Source: the human T2T-CHM13v2.0 reference genome, Homo sapiens. From it: a DNA stretch of 64,000 bases. Shown here one piece after another: positions 26,315-39,869 of the stretch. The notes below the pieces were generated by a model. That model had not been told where the DNA came from. It ran no database searches and saw nothing but the letters and a program-made list of their open reading frames with translations. The stretch lies in NCBI RefSeq assembly GCF_009914755.1, contig NC_060928.1; one strand, 5' to 3'. The translations under genes and the position numbers were made by a program. Positions within the stretch are counted from its first letter, which is position 1. Each line of letters opens with the position of its first letter.

Positions 26315-26630
26315 TAAGTGGCTCTGGAGTCAGAGGGCTTGAGTTTAAATCCAGGCTCCTCCTTCTTAAAAAATGTGTGAACTTGGTCATGTTTCCCAAG
26401 CTATAGTTCTCAATTTCTACATCTATAAACTAAAAGTAATAATAATACCTACTTCATAGGATAATATCCCACTTATAACAGGGGAGCCATCATAGTCGGC
26501 TATGAATTCTATAATTCCTATGGAAATTAATTGAATTAACATATGTAGAGTGCCAAAAATATTGTCTGGCACCAATAAGACCTCAATAAACATTAACTGC
26601 TATTATTATTGTTGTTGTAATTATTATTAT
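26315..26630 (+). mobile_element. MIR with ~55-bp internal insertion
   Basis: ggctctggagtcaga...tttaaatccaggctc...aatacctacttcatagg [insert] ...tgtctggcac...ctcaataaacattaactgctattatt. Confidence 0.85.
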
Positions 26631-28638
26631 GTTAGATTATTTTCACCATGGAATTATAGTGCTTAGCTTCTGTCAAGAAAATGGAGCTCCCCAAGACCAC
26701 CTCTCTGAAGATCACTTGCAACGGCATGATCATATTTAATTTTAGGTACACAAGTGTTTACAGAAGCTGTTATAATTTACATGTGAGAAAACTAAGACCC
26801 AAAAAAGTTACAGGCCTTCCCAATGATAATATCTCATCGTGGCATGTGCTCTGGTCAACATTTCTTCTAGGAAAGTTATCTCAGAAAGTGTAATATGGAA
26901 TTCATTTTACTTGAATTAAGATAATAGAGAAGGTTTGCCTTTAGTTATATTTGTTATGAAAGTAATTAACAATTTTTTAAAAATTGCTGCTTAAAAGTGT
27001 ACAGTTGTACTTTTTTTAACATTTACCCAGGTACATTTGTATAAATGAGGTAAAATTGTACTTTTTAGTTCAAAGTGCAATCATAAATTATTGGCTTAGT
27101 TCAATAAGAAGCAACAGTATAATTCATGAAAAAATATGTGTAATATTTAGCTTGGATTTTCTGAGTAGCCACTCTCTGCTAATATATTTAATGCTCTAGA
27201 AAAGATCTTTAATTCCTGAAGTATCAGAAAACTTATAATGAAACATGATCTAAGAACCATAGAAGACAAATAAACATTATTATATTTATTATCAATTTAA
27301 TAATAATTGAAGTGAGTTTCAGAGATTTGAGTGTCTTTTCTTAACTGACTCCTTGATTTGCAATGAAATTTGATTTGCTTAATAAGGATATAAAAATTAT
27401 TTTATGACCCAATCCTGGTAATATGAATAATGGTGAATTGAATACTTAAATTTAGTTTAAATCTATATTATGTGCACATTAAGTAAATGTGTTAGAAGTC
27501 TTAGATTTATTTTTTAAATGAAATGGGCATAGAATAAGAAATTGCATAAATGAATGTACATTGTATTCATTTCAAGAATTTCATTACTCTTTTTAATATA
27601 CTTAAATGACTCAAATATGATATCTTTTCTTTAGGCTTCCATACATTTGTTCACTTTAAAGTTGTTTTTTAAAAATTTTTCAATGCTTAAAAATGTACCT
27701 TGAAAATTAATTAAGTTAACTAATATAAAAAAGTTTACTCCTGTGACATGTAAGACCATTTGCTTTGTGCATTCTCAAGAACACTTAGTGTGCAAAAGTT
27801 CTTCATCCCAAAAGATAGGGCTAAAAGAGTGAATGCTTCAATCAGAACTTTATGTTACTCAAAAATGGAGAGATTTTAATTCAAATACAAGAAAATTCTC
27901 ATTGACTTATATTTCATATATGAACATCTGCTTGCCAATTGCACCCACTCAGATTTACTTATCTTTTAAGTTGCTTCCTTGGAAAGATCCTAGCGATTTA
28001 ATTGAATGCAAATTAGGCTTTCAGGGTCAGAAACCTTAGGAATAAAGAGCATATTTCATGATGAATTTAAATAGTTTACACATTCTTTCACAGCACTAGA
28101 CAAAGAAAAGTGCCATAACTAAGCAGGTTCTTATACAAGATGGCACACAAACTGCAGCTCTGTCATACTCGAAACAAAATTCTCTCCAGTTCTTTGATCT
28201 ACAAATATTAAAATATTTCATTTATAAAGCTGCCTGTTGCAAATACCAGTTAAGACTTTTTATATGTACAGTTCCTGTACTTCAAGAGACATAACCTTCT
28301 GAGCATAAGAGAGAAAGACTCACTTTTGATTTTCCTGTTTTTTGTGTTTTTTTTGTCCATTGTAAATGAGCTGGACCATCGTTTGATATAACTCTGACAG
28401 GTGCTCTAGGATGTGAACTCTTCCAACTCTTTCCAGTTGTAACTAGATTGCCATTTTGACTAGTGGGAAAATGTTCTGTTAGCAGAACTTTAAGAACATA
28501 AAGAAAGTGTGAAGTTTTGTGGAATATTTGTAAATATAAATATATTTTCATTTAGATGGAAACAAAGTATGAAAATACTACCCTCAAATTCCAGAAATTA
28601 TCAGCTTCTCAAATAACAGAACAAATGCAATAACATTG

Positions 28639-28641
<3 letters not shown>

Positions 28642-28680
<39 letters not shown>
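28642..28680. repeat. (TG)n microsatellite
   Basis: Read directly. Confidence 0.97.
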
Positions 28681-28681
<1 letters not shown>

Positions 28682-30489
28682 ATAGTTATCTGGCAATGTT
28701 AAATGGAATTAGTTTCCTAATATGCACCTACTGAATTGTTAACAAGTTCCTCTATTGTGGATTCTACCTTTCACTCTCAATAGAAACTTCTTAATATATC
28801 ATAATTTATATGGATTTTACAGAATATACAGAAAACTATTTTTTAGTGTCAGGGCTCCAGTTGTTAATATTTATCTGACACAGGCACCTTACAGCATTCT
28901 TCAAGTGTAATACCTCCTTATAGCAGATATGTCATTCTAAAGCTCACAGTAACCTTTTCATAATAGCTGTTTCCTTAACTAGAGTTTAAGTCTTTCACCT
29001 ACTCCATCCTCACTTTCAATCAAACAAAAGAAAGATTTTTTTCCCCCTATTTTCTCTCATTTTTCCCCAAAGATAAAAAATGTTGATCTTTGATTGGGGA
29101 TCAAAAATATTTATTTGTTTGTTTTCCTAATTTTGTATTTTAATTTCAATGCCAATCTCAATCAATACACACACAAACACATACCCATTACATGCTGCCT
29201 GTTTCTTTGTGTGTCTGTGTGTGTAGTTGGATTGTCTACATCAGCACTTTACATCAATCAGTATCATGTCATTCTAGTGTCTTTCTTGCATCTTTACTTA
29301 TAATTACTTTAGCAATAGATACTAGTCTAACTACAAAAAGTTACTGTCAAAGGAACAGAAACAGGAACTATTGTATGATGCATTTATATCAACTAATGGT
29401 CAAATTATGCCATGACTGGAAAACTAGGGCATCCCAGTAATCCGAATACATGAGGTGAGAGAAGATTTAAGTTATCTCAAGACACATAGTTAAAGGGATG
29501 TGCTGAATTTAAAGAAAATCCTGCTATGGCATATCATACATTATTTATTTTATAAGCAATTCCATTTGTAAACATCATCTGTTCTTAATTTAAGTAGCAT
29601 TGTTTGAGTATTTTCGTGTTTTGTTTTACTAAATTGCCTTTTTGATTATTATACATCAGCTATGAGTGTATACCTAATTTCATTATTTTACATGTTTAAA
29701 TGACATTATGCTAAAAATAAATCAGCAATCAGGAGTACATGAAAATAATTTTGCCCACTCGAGTGGAATTTTTTCTATTACTTAAGGTTGAACAATACTG
29801 TTCCAAGGCATCAATATATTTACCAGGAAAGTAAAAATATTGTAACTTTCCCATTTTATGAATAATAAGATTTCTCATTATGATTTAAGTTTCATATTCA
29901 ACTACATCCATTTAAAAAAATATTTCCTTGCTTCCAGGTAGCTAGACTGCACCTTCATACAATATCATCAGTATTCTAGAGAGAAGAAAACATTTCAGAA
30001 TGCAGTGTTCAGGTTCCTTTGTCAGTACTTAATGCTGAATATCCATATAACCCTTCGGCAGAGGTAGCAGAATGGTTAATGCTATCAGAAAACTTTTTAT
30101 TTCTTTAAATCAGTTGAATAAGTTCTTTGGGAGCATTTTATTTCTTGTATGAAGTAAGCTGTTTTGGTTTGCTGATTATTGATATAATAAATTCAGTAGT
30201 AAAGGCAATATCTCCAGACGGTCTCCTTTATTGTCTGTTCCAGTTCTCATTTTAGCACAGGGAAAATATCATCATCCTGTACAGTTGGAATCCTCAAGGC
30301 TATTTAAAACATAGAGGCTTCCTATTACTATAGATATGTTCATTTGATATTGCTTGTTCAAATGTTTCTGTGCTTTGCCGGATCCCACTTGGTTTATGAT
30401 TTCTATTTAGACATTTTTAAGTGGAAATATCTATTGCTGTATGATACAAACCATACAGCCTTCTTGTACTATTCACTTTAAACCCTATA

Positions 30490-30868
30490 TAACAACAAGC
30501 TCTAAGAGAGCCACCAATGGACCTTGCGTCTTGGTATTCACATACTTGCATAGGTCCCGCTCATGATGAATTGAGCTGACTTGAATAACCAATAGAATAT
30601 TGCAGAAATGATGGGTGTGAGTTTAGAAGATACGTCAGCAAAGATGTTGTGGCTCCCATCTTGTGTTCTAGGATGACTTTTTCTGGTGTATGGGTGTTTT
30701 GAAGACACCCAAGGAATCCTACGGACAGACTCATATGGTAAGAAACTAAGACATTCTGTCAACAGTCATGTGAGTGAGCCATTTTGGAAGTAGATACTCT
30801 AACCTCAATCATGCATTCTAATGATTTCAGCCCCAGCCCACATCTTAACCACAAAATCGTGAGACTGT
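30490..30868 (+). mobile_element. MLT1F-type LTR (3'-truncated)
   Basis: accaatagaatattgcagaaatgatg...caacagtcatgtgagtgagccattttggaagtagat...cagccccagcccacatctt. Confidence 0.75.
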
Positions 30869-31191
30869 AACATTTCAAGGATGGCCTCAGAATTCAACAG
30901 CCCATTCACAAATGTTTTACACTTAACCACAATTAGAGGTAGGAATTTGGAGAAGAGTCTACCACTTTTCATCAAAAGATTCATAAAGGGCTCCAATAAT
31001 ATAGTAGTAAATCACTACTTTTAGAGAAAAGTAAAATGAGAAGCTTTTTTGCTTTCACTCATCTTTTTACATTTATTACCCAGTAACCTAAGCTAGCTAA
31101 AGGATTCAACATTCACAGGAATGTACATGAATTTCTTGTCTTGCATAATTCTTTTATCTCCCTATCCCTTTCTTTTTGTTTATTTTCCTCT

Positions 31192-32980
31192 TTTTTATTT
31201 TTGGATTTCCAACTTTTTTTTAAGTTCACGGGTACATGTGCAGGATGTGCAGGTTTGTTATATAGGTAAATGTGTGCCATGGTGGTTTGCTGCACAGATC
31301 AACCCATCACCTAGGTATTAAGACCAGCATCCATTAGCTATTCTTCCTGATGCTCTTCCTCCTCTCATCCCCCACTTTCCCATGGGCCCCAGTGTGTGTT
31401 GTTCACTCACATGTGTCCATGCGTTCTCATCAGTCAGATTCCACTTGTAAGTGAGAACGTGTGGTATTTGATTTTCTGTTTCTGCATTCATTTGCTGAGG
31501 ATAATTGCTTCCAGCTCCATTCATGTCCCTTGCAAAGAACATGATCTTGTTTCTTTTTATGGCTGCATAATATTCCATAGTGTATATGTACTATGTTTTC
31601 TTTATCCAGCCTCTCATGAATGGGCATTTAGGTTGATTTCATGTCTTGGCTATTGTGAATAGTGCTACTGAACATACATATGCATGTATATTTATGATAG
31701 AATAATTTCTATTCCTTTGGGTATATACCCAGTAATGAGATTGCTGGGTCAAATGGTTTTTCTACCTCTAGGTCTCTGAGGAATTGCCACACTGTCTTCC
31801 AGAAAGGTTGAACTAATTTACACTCACCAACAGTGTAAAAGCATTTATTTTTCCTCCACACCTCACCAGAATCTGTTGTTTTTTGAAGTTTTAATAATAG
31901 ATATTCTGACTGGTGTGAGATGGTATCTCTTTGTGGTTTTTATCTGCATTTCTCTATCAGTGATGTTAAGCTTTTTTTCGTATTTTTATTGGCCACATGA
32001 ATGGCTTCTTTTGAGATGTGTCTGTTCATGTCTTTTGCCCACTTTTTAATGGGCTTTTTTTTCCTTGTAAATTTGTTTAAGTTTCTTATAATGATGGATA
32101 TTAGACCTTTGTCAGATGCATAGTTTGCAAAAATTTTCTCTCAATCTGTAGGTTGTCTGTTTACTCTGTTGATAGTTTCTTTTGCTATGCAGAAGCTCTT
32201 TAGTTTAATTAGACCCCATTAGTCAAGTTTTGCTTTTGTTGCAATTGCTTTTGGCCTTTTTTTTCATGAAATCTTTGCCTGTGCCTATGTCCTGACTGTG
32301 TTATCTAGGTTTTCTTCTAGGGTTTTTAGAGTTTTCGGTTTTACATTTAAGTTTTTAATTCATCTTGTGTTGCTTTTGTATATGGTGTAAGGAAACGGTT
32401 CAGTTTTAATTTTCAGCATATGACTAGCCAGTTATCCCAGCACCACTTATTAAATAGGGAATTATTTCCCCATTGCTTGTTTTTGTCAGGTTTGTCAAAG
32501 ATAAGATGGTTGTAGGTGTGCAGTCTTATTTCTCGATGCTTTACTTTGTTCCATTGGTCTATGTGTCTGTTGTTGTACCAGTACCATGCCGTTTTGATTA
32601 CTGTAGCCTTGTAGTATAGTTTGAAGTTGGTAGTGTGATACCTCCAGCTTTGTTCATTTGGCTTAGGATTATCTTGGCCATTCAGGCCCTTTTTTGTTTT
32701 CATGTGAATTTTAGAATAGTTTTGTTTCCAATTCTGTGAAGAATGTAAATGGTAGTTTAGTGGAAATAGCATTGAGTCGATAAATTGGTTTAAGCAGATG
32801 GGCAATTTAACAATATTGATTCTTTCTATTCATGAGCCTGAAATGTTTTTCCACTTGTTTGTGTCATCTCTGATTTCTTTGAGCAGTAGTTTTTAGTTCT
32901 CCATGAATAGGTCTTTCACTTCTTTTGTTAACCATATTCCTAGGTATTTTATTATTTTTGTGGCAATTGTGAATGGATTC
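31192..32980 (-). mobile_element. 5'-truncated L1PA (about PA8-PA10)
   Basis: Antisense 3' UTR gtacatgtgcaggatgtgcaggtttgtt...; ORF2 pieces MEYYAAIKRN and [26 protein letters not shown]...FNKWCWDNW. Confidence 0.93.
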
Positions 32981-33009
32981 TGTTTACTTTTCTTATTGTC
33001 TTTCAAGCA

Positions 33010-33230
33010 GCTAACTTTAAAAGTTAAAAGTATGGGTTTGGAAGTTACACAGACCTGCTTTAACTCCCGCTTATCCCCCACTAACTAACTTATGGCCTTG
33101 GGCTAATTATTTTACCTCTTCATACGCTGAATCCTAATTTTGATAATTGTGACATAATACTTTTCTTAATTATTGTGTACATTAAGTATAAGAATTTACT
33201 TGAAATCCTTATTGTAAACATTTGATAAAT
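33010..33230 (+). mobile_element. MIR
   Basis: acagacctgctttaactccc...ggccttgggctaattattttacctct; degenerate. Confidence 0.6.
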
Positions 33231-33289
33231 GCTAAAAATCTTTAATTTGTTCTGTACCCCTTTTTATTGTGATGCCATTAAAAATGCAG

Positions 33290-33686
33290 CTTGTAGACCT
33301 CCAACTCAGGGAGTATTACGGACCAAGAGCCCCAGGTGCTGTGCTTTAAAATCCATAGCCATGACATGATTCCATCAGGCTCCTCTCAACCAAGGGCTGA
33401 GGGTAGCTGGATACTAAGGCTTTCCTGAGACACATAGGTGTCTTTTGAAAGCTGACTTGGTCTTAAGGCTTCCAGATACCCTGCCAAGTCTTTCTTAGAC
33501 TGCATGACAGTCTAGCATGCTTTCTCCACCCTCCTGTTTCTCTCTTCTTGTGTCTGAGGTAGAACTGCATTGTGATCTGGTGCCTCTATCAGCCTCCCCA
33601 TACTCTTTCACACAGTCACTCTATTAAAATATACACAACTCAAGTCTCAGTTTGGTGTGTGATTCTCAGAAAACTCAGACTTTATA
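33290..33686 (+). mobile_element. LTR40-like ERVL LTR
   Basis: ctttcttagactgcatgacagtctag...agaactgcattgtgatctg...tttggtgtgtgattctcagaaaactcagact. Confidence 0.55.
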
Positions 33687-33836
33687 TAAGCATATATCTT
33701 CAGAACACCTAACCCTTTGCCATCAGCTCCCCTTCTGCTGCTAACATACATACATCCTACACCCAACCCCGGCTGCATTTTTCTACCCCACTTCCCTCTC
33801 CTGAAGTATCTTGCCAATAAAATCCTGGAATCAATA

Positions 33837-33894
33837 AATAGGATGGACTCAGGAATGATCTATGCAATAGGATGGACTCAGGAATGATCTACGC
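33837..33894. repeat. Tandem duplication, 2 x 29 bp
   Basis: aataggatggactcaggaatgatcta(t/c)gc twice, one mismatch. Confidence 0.95.
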
Positions 33895-36800
33895 ATTTCA
33901 AGGGATTCTTCTCAAGAGGCAGATCAGTTTGCCAACAATATTGCTCTCTATCAAACTCATAATAAATGAATAAGAAACTCAGCCCTGTTTAATCTTTAGT
34001 AGAGATCAAAACTCTTGAAAATTTTTGATGAATGAAAGTATAGAACACATGCCAAATCCACTGGGTATCAATTGATTCAAAAGTTTTATGTGCATTTCAC
34101 CAAGATGTCATTCAGTTTGTAGTACTTGACAAAAATATCCTGTGCTATCTTTAGATAGGTCTATGTGTGTAAGAAAATTTACCTCACTTTTTAAAGCAGG
34201 GATTAGTCCTTCTGTGCTTTAAACTTGGAAGAAAAACCTCAAAGTGAAAAGGGGACATTCATTATTTATCAGTCCAGTGGTTTCCAGAGTGAAGCATCTC
34301 TCTTTGGAGTTCTCACACTTTGATTCCTGATACTCCAGTATGGAGGCACCTCAGAAGTACATCACTTTCATTTTATAGTTTTGATATAGATTTGTATCCC
34401 AATTCTATTCTTACTTCAATTTTAGCTCAGCATAAGCTGCCCAGAAATATAAATAAATCTCTTAATAAATACCAAGAAACAACAAATAGCAATAAAATAC
34501 TATAGAGTAACTTAAACAGGACAAGTTTCTTGTGCTAGCACAGGGAGTTTGCTCTCTGGGCTGAAAGTGGCTGCTCCATTTGCAGTAAGTTTTTTGGTGC
34601 CTTGAAGAGCTGATACAACTTTATAGGTACATTTTAAGGTTTCTTTTTGCCTACCTTCTCTCCCATCCGTTTGCTTTCTTATTTCTTTATGATTTTATGG
34701 TAAAGGTCCAAGAAATAGATTACCTGAATGTGGCCCAATCAGGATTCTAAAAGTCCTCTTTTCCAGGTAATTGGTACACAATGAATGTTCTCACTGCTTT
34801 ACTTGAGGACCCTGTTGCTACAGCAAGTGATGTAACTTGAACTCAATTTTCAGTTCAATATTGCAGCCCTATTATAATACATCAAAACGTTCATATAATG
34901 GGAATCAAAAAACAAACAGTAGATTGTGACTTTCTGAAGGAAGCAGAATGCTACACCCTTCACAGTGCTTTCAATTTATTTGAAGCTCAGTGTAATTTTG
35001 AGAATGAAATGTTCAATCTTTTTATAAACTTTTCAAACAATGAATGTCTGAAAGGTTCAATAGTGCCCTGTGTATCCTCTGAACTGCAGGCCCAGGTGTT
35101 AATTGGCAAAGTAACTCAGCGCCAACCTCTGCTCAGTGTGTAAACATGCAGTGCAGGGACCTTTCCCTTTCTTTCTCTCTGCATGCCCCAATCTGAAAAG
35201 ACCAAGCATTAAATGAAACTAGTAAATCAGATTAAAAATACAAAGACATACAGTAATCTCAGATCTCAGTTTGAAATCAGCTTCTCTCAAAATGTTATTT
35301 TCATGTATATTATCTTTTTTATATCTCAATGGTGAGTCAACCTCAAAGGTAAATATTAAAGACAGTAAGAACTAAGACAAATATGCTGAGATAAAGTAAG
35401 AAAAAAAGGCATTTTATACATGACAAAAGTCACATGGACAATACATTTATGAGATGCAGGCATTAAACTGATAATCAAAACATGAAAAATAAATGAGATG
35501 CCAGTTTTCTCCTCACAAAATGGCACCTAAAATTATTCACAGTAGTCCAAAGATTAGGAAAGGAAGTGTCCTCATTCATAGATAATGAGGATTATGAGTA
35601 GTTGTATATATTTTTCAGGATAATTTGTTTAAATAAAAAGCCTATCCCTTAGCCCATTCTTTGTCTTTCCATCTCAATTAAATGATGCCAATAGAGGTGG
35701 CAACTATCAGCTATCTAGCCTCATTCTTGCCCTCAGACACCTCATGAAATCTAAAATTATAGATAGATAGATGATAGATAGATAACCACAAAGTCAATTT
35801 AGCATGAGTCACTTTGATATGAGAAAACAAGGAAAACTTGCAGGAAAAAAATAGGTACAGATAATTAGATATAGAGTGGACTCAAGAGCCAAATTTTTTA
35901 ATGGAAGAGACATAGAGCCTGGCAGCTGTCAGATAGTTTGATAAGCATAAAATCTTAGTGTAGTGAAATTGCTAAAATATTTCTTCTAAGAACCAAAATG
36001 TTGTGGAAAGACCAATCCAGCTCTCTCTCATTACCATGAATTCCAATGCTAGACTGCAGGGACAAGAAAATGAGTAGACAATCTCCTTTTGCATTTTTTT
36101 AATTCTTAAATGAAGAAGAACTGGAACTCAAAAGCCATAACATTATGTATATACCCTTTGAACTGATAATCGTGTTGCTGGGAATCGATCATAAGAAAGT
36201 AATCATGTCTTCGTTCAGTGAATAAGCTGTAATCATCACATGAAATTTTAAATAATAGAAAACTGAAAAGAGCCAACATTTCCAAATCCAGAGTCATCAG
36301 TAAATTCATTCATTACTTTATTCATTAAACAATTATTCAACACGTGGCTCATATGCCAGGCACTTTTGATGTTCATGTCAGTGAATAAGACAGACAAAAA
36401 TTCCTTCCTTCATGTTAAATTTAAATTTAAATTATTGCTCCATAAGGAATATTGGATACGCAGACATTAAAATGTGTTTTTAAATTAATGAGATGAAATT
36501 TACAACTTGTAAAATAACATGTGTATGTATGTGTGTAAAAGAAACTTATAACATTATATCATCACATCTACTGTAGATTCACAAGTGATTTTTAAAATAG
36601 ATTTTTCTATTGTGTACAGAATAAGTTCCATTACTTTAAATAAGACTTTACTTTTCTCCTATGCTTAAATTTATCATGATGAATAGAATCACATATTTTA
36701 ATAATTTTTACAGACGGATAATAAAATAGATAACACAGTATGTTTGAGGAAGAGACACACATACACACGCACATTGTTCCATCATATTTCTGGTAGATTG

Positions 36801-38639
36801 AAAGGTGATTTTTTCCTCTTTGCTTTCAATTCACACACACATATAATGTGAAGTCCTTCACAGAGGAACAGTAGAATATTTCAAAGGAACAACGATAGTC
36901 CTTTTATGTATAAGGTTTATAAAATATTCATATAAGAGAATTTGACAAGAATTCCTTCCTTTGTATTTGACATACCTGAAATAGGAAACAGCACAGTGCA
37001 ATGACTGAAGGCTAAGAATTTGTCATGTGCCTTCACATCCTGATTGTACCATTTCTTGGTAGTAAGATATGAGACAATCTTTACCTCTCCATGTTCACCT
37101 GCTTCACCCATAAAATAGGGATTTTAAGTATTTTTAGATATTATATTATAAAATATTCAAATTTAACAATGTACTTGGCACATATTAGGTACTCGAGGAA
37201 AGGCAGCTAGTATTATGTATGTAACGTTACAAAATGAATGAATAGAATTTTTATCAGAACCACAATAAATAAGTGATCTAAAGCATGACATAAGTTCAGT
37301 AGAAATTAACGTAATGTATGTGAATTGAGATTCCCATGACTTAATACACCAATTACTTCTCATATCAGACACTGAGGCTGAGTAAAAGAGAACAATATTT
37401 ATGAGGAGATATTGCAATACATCTGCTTCCCATATATTCTATTTAATAATTAAGTTGTGCAAGGAAAAAGTGATATTTTATTTCTGCTATTTTTACAGCT
37501 TTCATGTTCCAATGGTGTAAGACAAATAAAAACTTAGTTCAATAAACACACACATACAGATGAATAATTTATTATTCAAATTAGGCATTGGTCATAAAAT
37601 CAGTACAAAAATTATACTCTTGTGACCCTCATGATTTTTCCATGTGAAGTTCTGATATTGGAATATACACATTTTATTTAAATAAGATTGTTATGATTGA
37701 TTTTACATTTACATTAATTGTCATGAAAGCCAAATAAATTGTTTGTGAGCACCAACAATTTACTTGATTACATGTTTAAAGCCCAAGCCTTCAGCTATGT
37801 ATGTGTCTTTACTTTGCACTATGCAAGTGTCCTGCTGTTATGATAAGAAGTAATAGAGTAAACTTGTAACCTAGCCATTGGAGGTTGCCCCAAAGACAAG
37901 GCAGAAACAATAACATGAAAATGTTTAGAGCAGTATTTTGTTGATCATGCCAGATTCCTGTCCCACCCCAAGAGATCACACATCTAGAAGGATGGATTGG
38001 ATCTTCTGTCATGGAGGATAATACAAGAAGTGTGTTTATTTAACATTTCATAATTGGTCTAAGGGCTACAATATCTTCATGTCACCTCATAACCTCCCCA
38101 TAGTGAGTCTTTCACAGTGAATGACTATTTGTTTGTAGGATTAGAGAACTTCAATCTTGCAAACATCAGCAGAATCTAGTTCATGCAATTCTTTGGACTC
38201 TGGAGGCCAGTAGGTGTTCCAAGTTTAGGTGCAGGTGTGATGATTCCATATGGGGTAGCAAAAAAACAAACAAACAAAATCAGAGTAGAATGTAATTATC
38301 CTAACATCCCGGTCTATGCCATATAGAGACCAAGCAATTCACATGTGCAGACTCCTTGTGGTAACTTGTGGACTCAAATGCATTCTTAAGCTTGAGAGCA
38401 GAGGAAGGCAAAAACCAGACCGATTCACCTATCACATGTTTCCTTTCCCAGGCTCATTCATTTGTGTCAGTGAGGACTGAGGAATGATGAGAATTAAAAT
38501 CATGGGTAAGTTTTGATGGGCATATTTTAAGTAAAAGAAGATGATATTTGAAGGATTTTGCTCATTGATAACAAGATAAAAGAAACTAATTAGAGCTAAA
38601 CTATCTAGCTCCTATGTTTTCCTAGTTCTAATATGTTAC

Positions 38640-38815
38640 AGAGGTAGAGCAATGGATCCCAAGTCTGATAGACTATCAGAATTATCAGGGGAGGTTATTT
38701 TTACAATATTTTCCAGACTTTTCCGCTGTCTTCTGTATCAGGTCCCCAGGTGTCTATTTTGGCAATGGTCCATGGGAGATTCTAATTATCAGTAAGGTTA
38801 GGAAAACATTAGTCT
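38640..38815. mobile_element. MER5-type hAT remnant
   Basis: caatggatcccaagtctg...atcagaattatcaggggagg...gggagattctaattatcagtaaggttaggaaaacatt. Confidence 0.55.
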
Positions 38816-39231
38816 TGAAAAATACTTTATTGTGCTGCCAACTGATTCCTAAGGATATGTTAATTTGTATAATTATGTTATTCTAATTTTTTATAAGTTG
38901 GTTTTTAATGAATCAGTTTTATTCTTCATTAACTTAGATTTTAAAAATTTCCCTAACATATTTAAATGTGTTTACTTATGGCCTTAAGAATTTAGAATCT
39001 ATATTTTATGTTTCACCATGTATAGGGGACTGTTTTAAAGACACCTTACCTCATGATTTCTGTATGGAAGACACTTTTACTAATTATTTTTATTGGAATC
39101 AATTTCTAAGAAAATTTAAAGTTGTACACTGCCTAGATGCATTTGGACTAACATGGACTCCTTTCTATAAGCTCCTAGTTTATCATCTTGGTTTTCTTAA
39201 ACATAAACAAACCTTCTATAAATGTTCACTT

Positions 39232-39283
39232 GGTTTATTTTTTCAGGGTCCTCCAGAGAGACAGAAAAAATAGGAGATACACA

Positions 39284-39329
<46 letters not shown>

Positions 39330-39869
39330 TATATAATGTGTATGTAGATAGATGTAAGAGAAGGGATTTATTAGAGGAATTGGCTTATGCAGTTATGGGG
39401 ACTGAGAAGTCTCACAAAAGTCTTTGCAAGCTGTAGAACCAGAGAGGCTGGCAGCGTGGCTCCATCTAAGTCTGAAGGCCTCAGAACCAGGGAAGCCTAA
39501 GGTCTAATTCTCAGTCTGAGCTGAAGGCCTGAGAACTCGAAGAGGGATGGGGTCTTGCGCAAACCTCCCAGGGTCCAAAAGCTGGAGAGCCTGGAGTTCC
39601 AATGTCCAAAGGAAGGAGAAAAAGCGTCCCAGTTCTAGGACAGAGGGAGAAGGAAATTGTTTTCTTTTGTCTTTTTGTTCTATTTGGGCCCCCAGACAAT
39701 TGGATGTTGCTCATCCACATTGAGGATAGATCTTCCCCATTCCGTCCATTGATTTATATTCCAGTCTCCTCTTGAAACACCCTCACAGACACATTCAGAC
39801 ATAATGCTTTACAAGTTATTTAGTTATTCCTGAATCCAGTCAAGTTGACATGTTAAATTAACCATTCCA
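39232..39869 (-). mobile_element. MLT2B-type (HERV-L) solo LTR containing (CA)n at ~39278-39330
   Basis: cagggtcctccagagagacagaa...ggaattggcttatgc...gaaggcctcagaaccagggaagcc...atccagtcaagttgaca...aaattaacca. Confidence 0.9.

Noticed and set aside
33837-33894. 29-bp repeats as a CRISPR-like array
   Set aside because: Only two abutting copies, no spacers, in mammalian DNA
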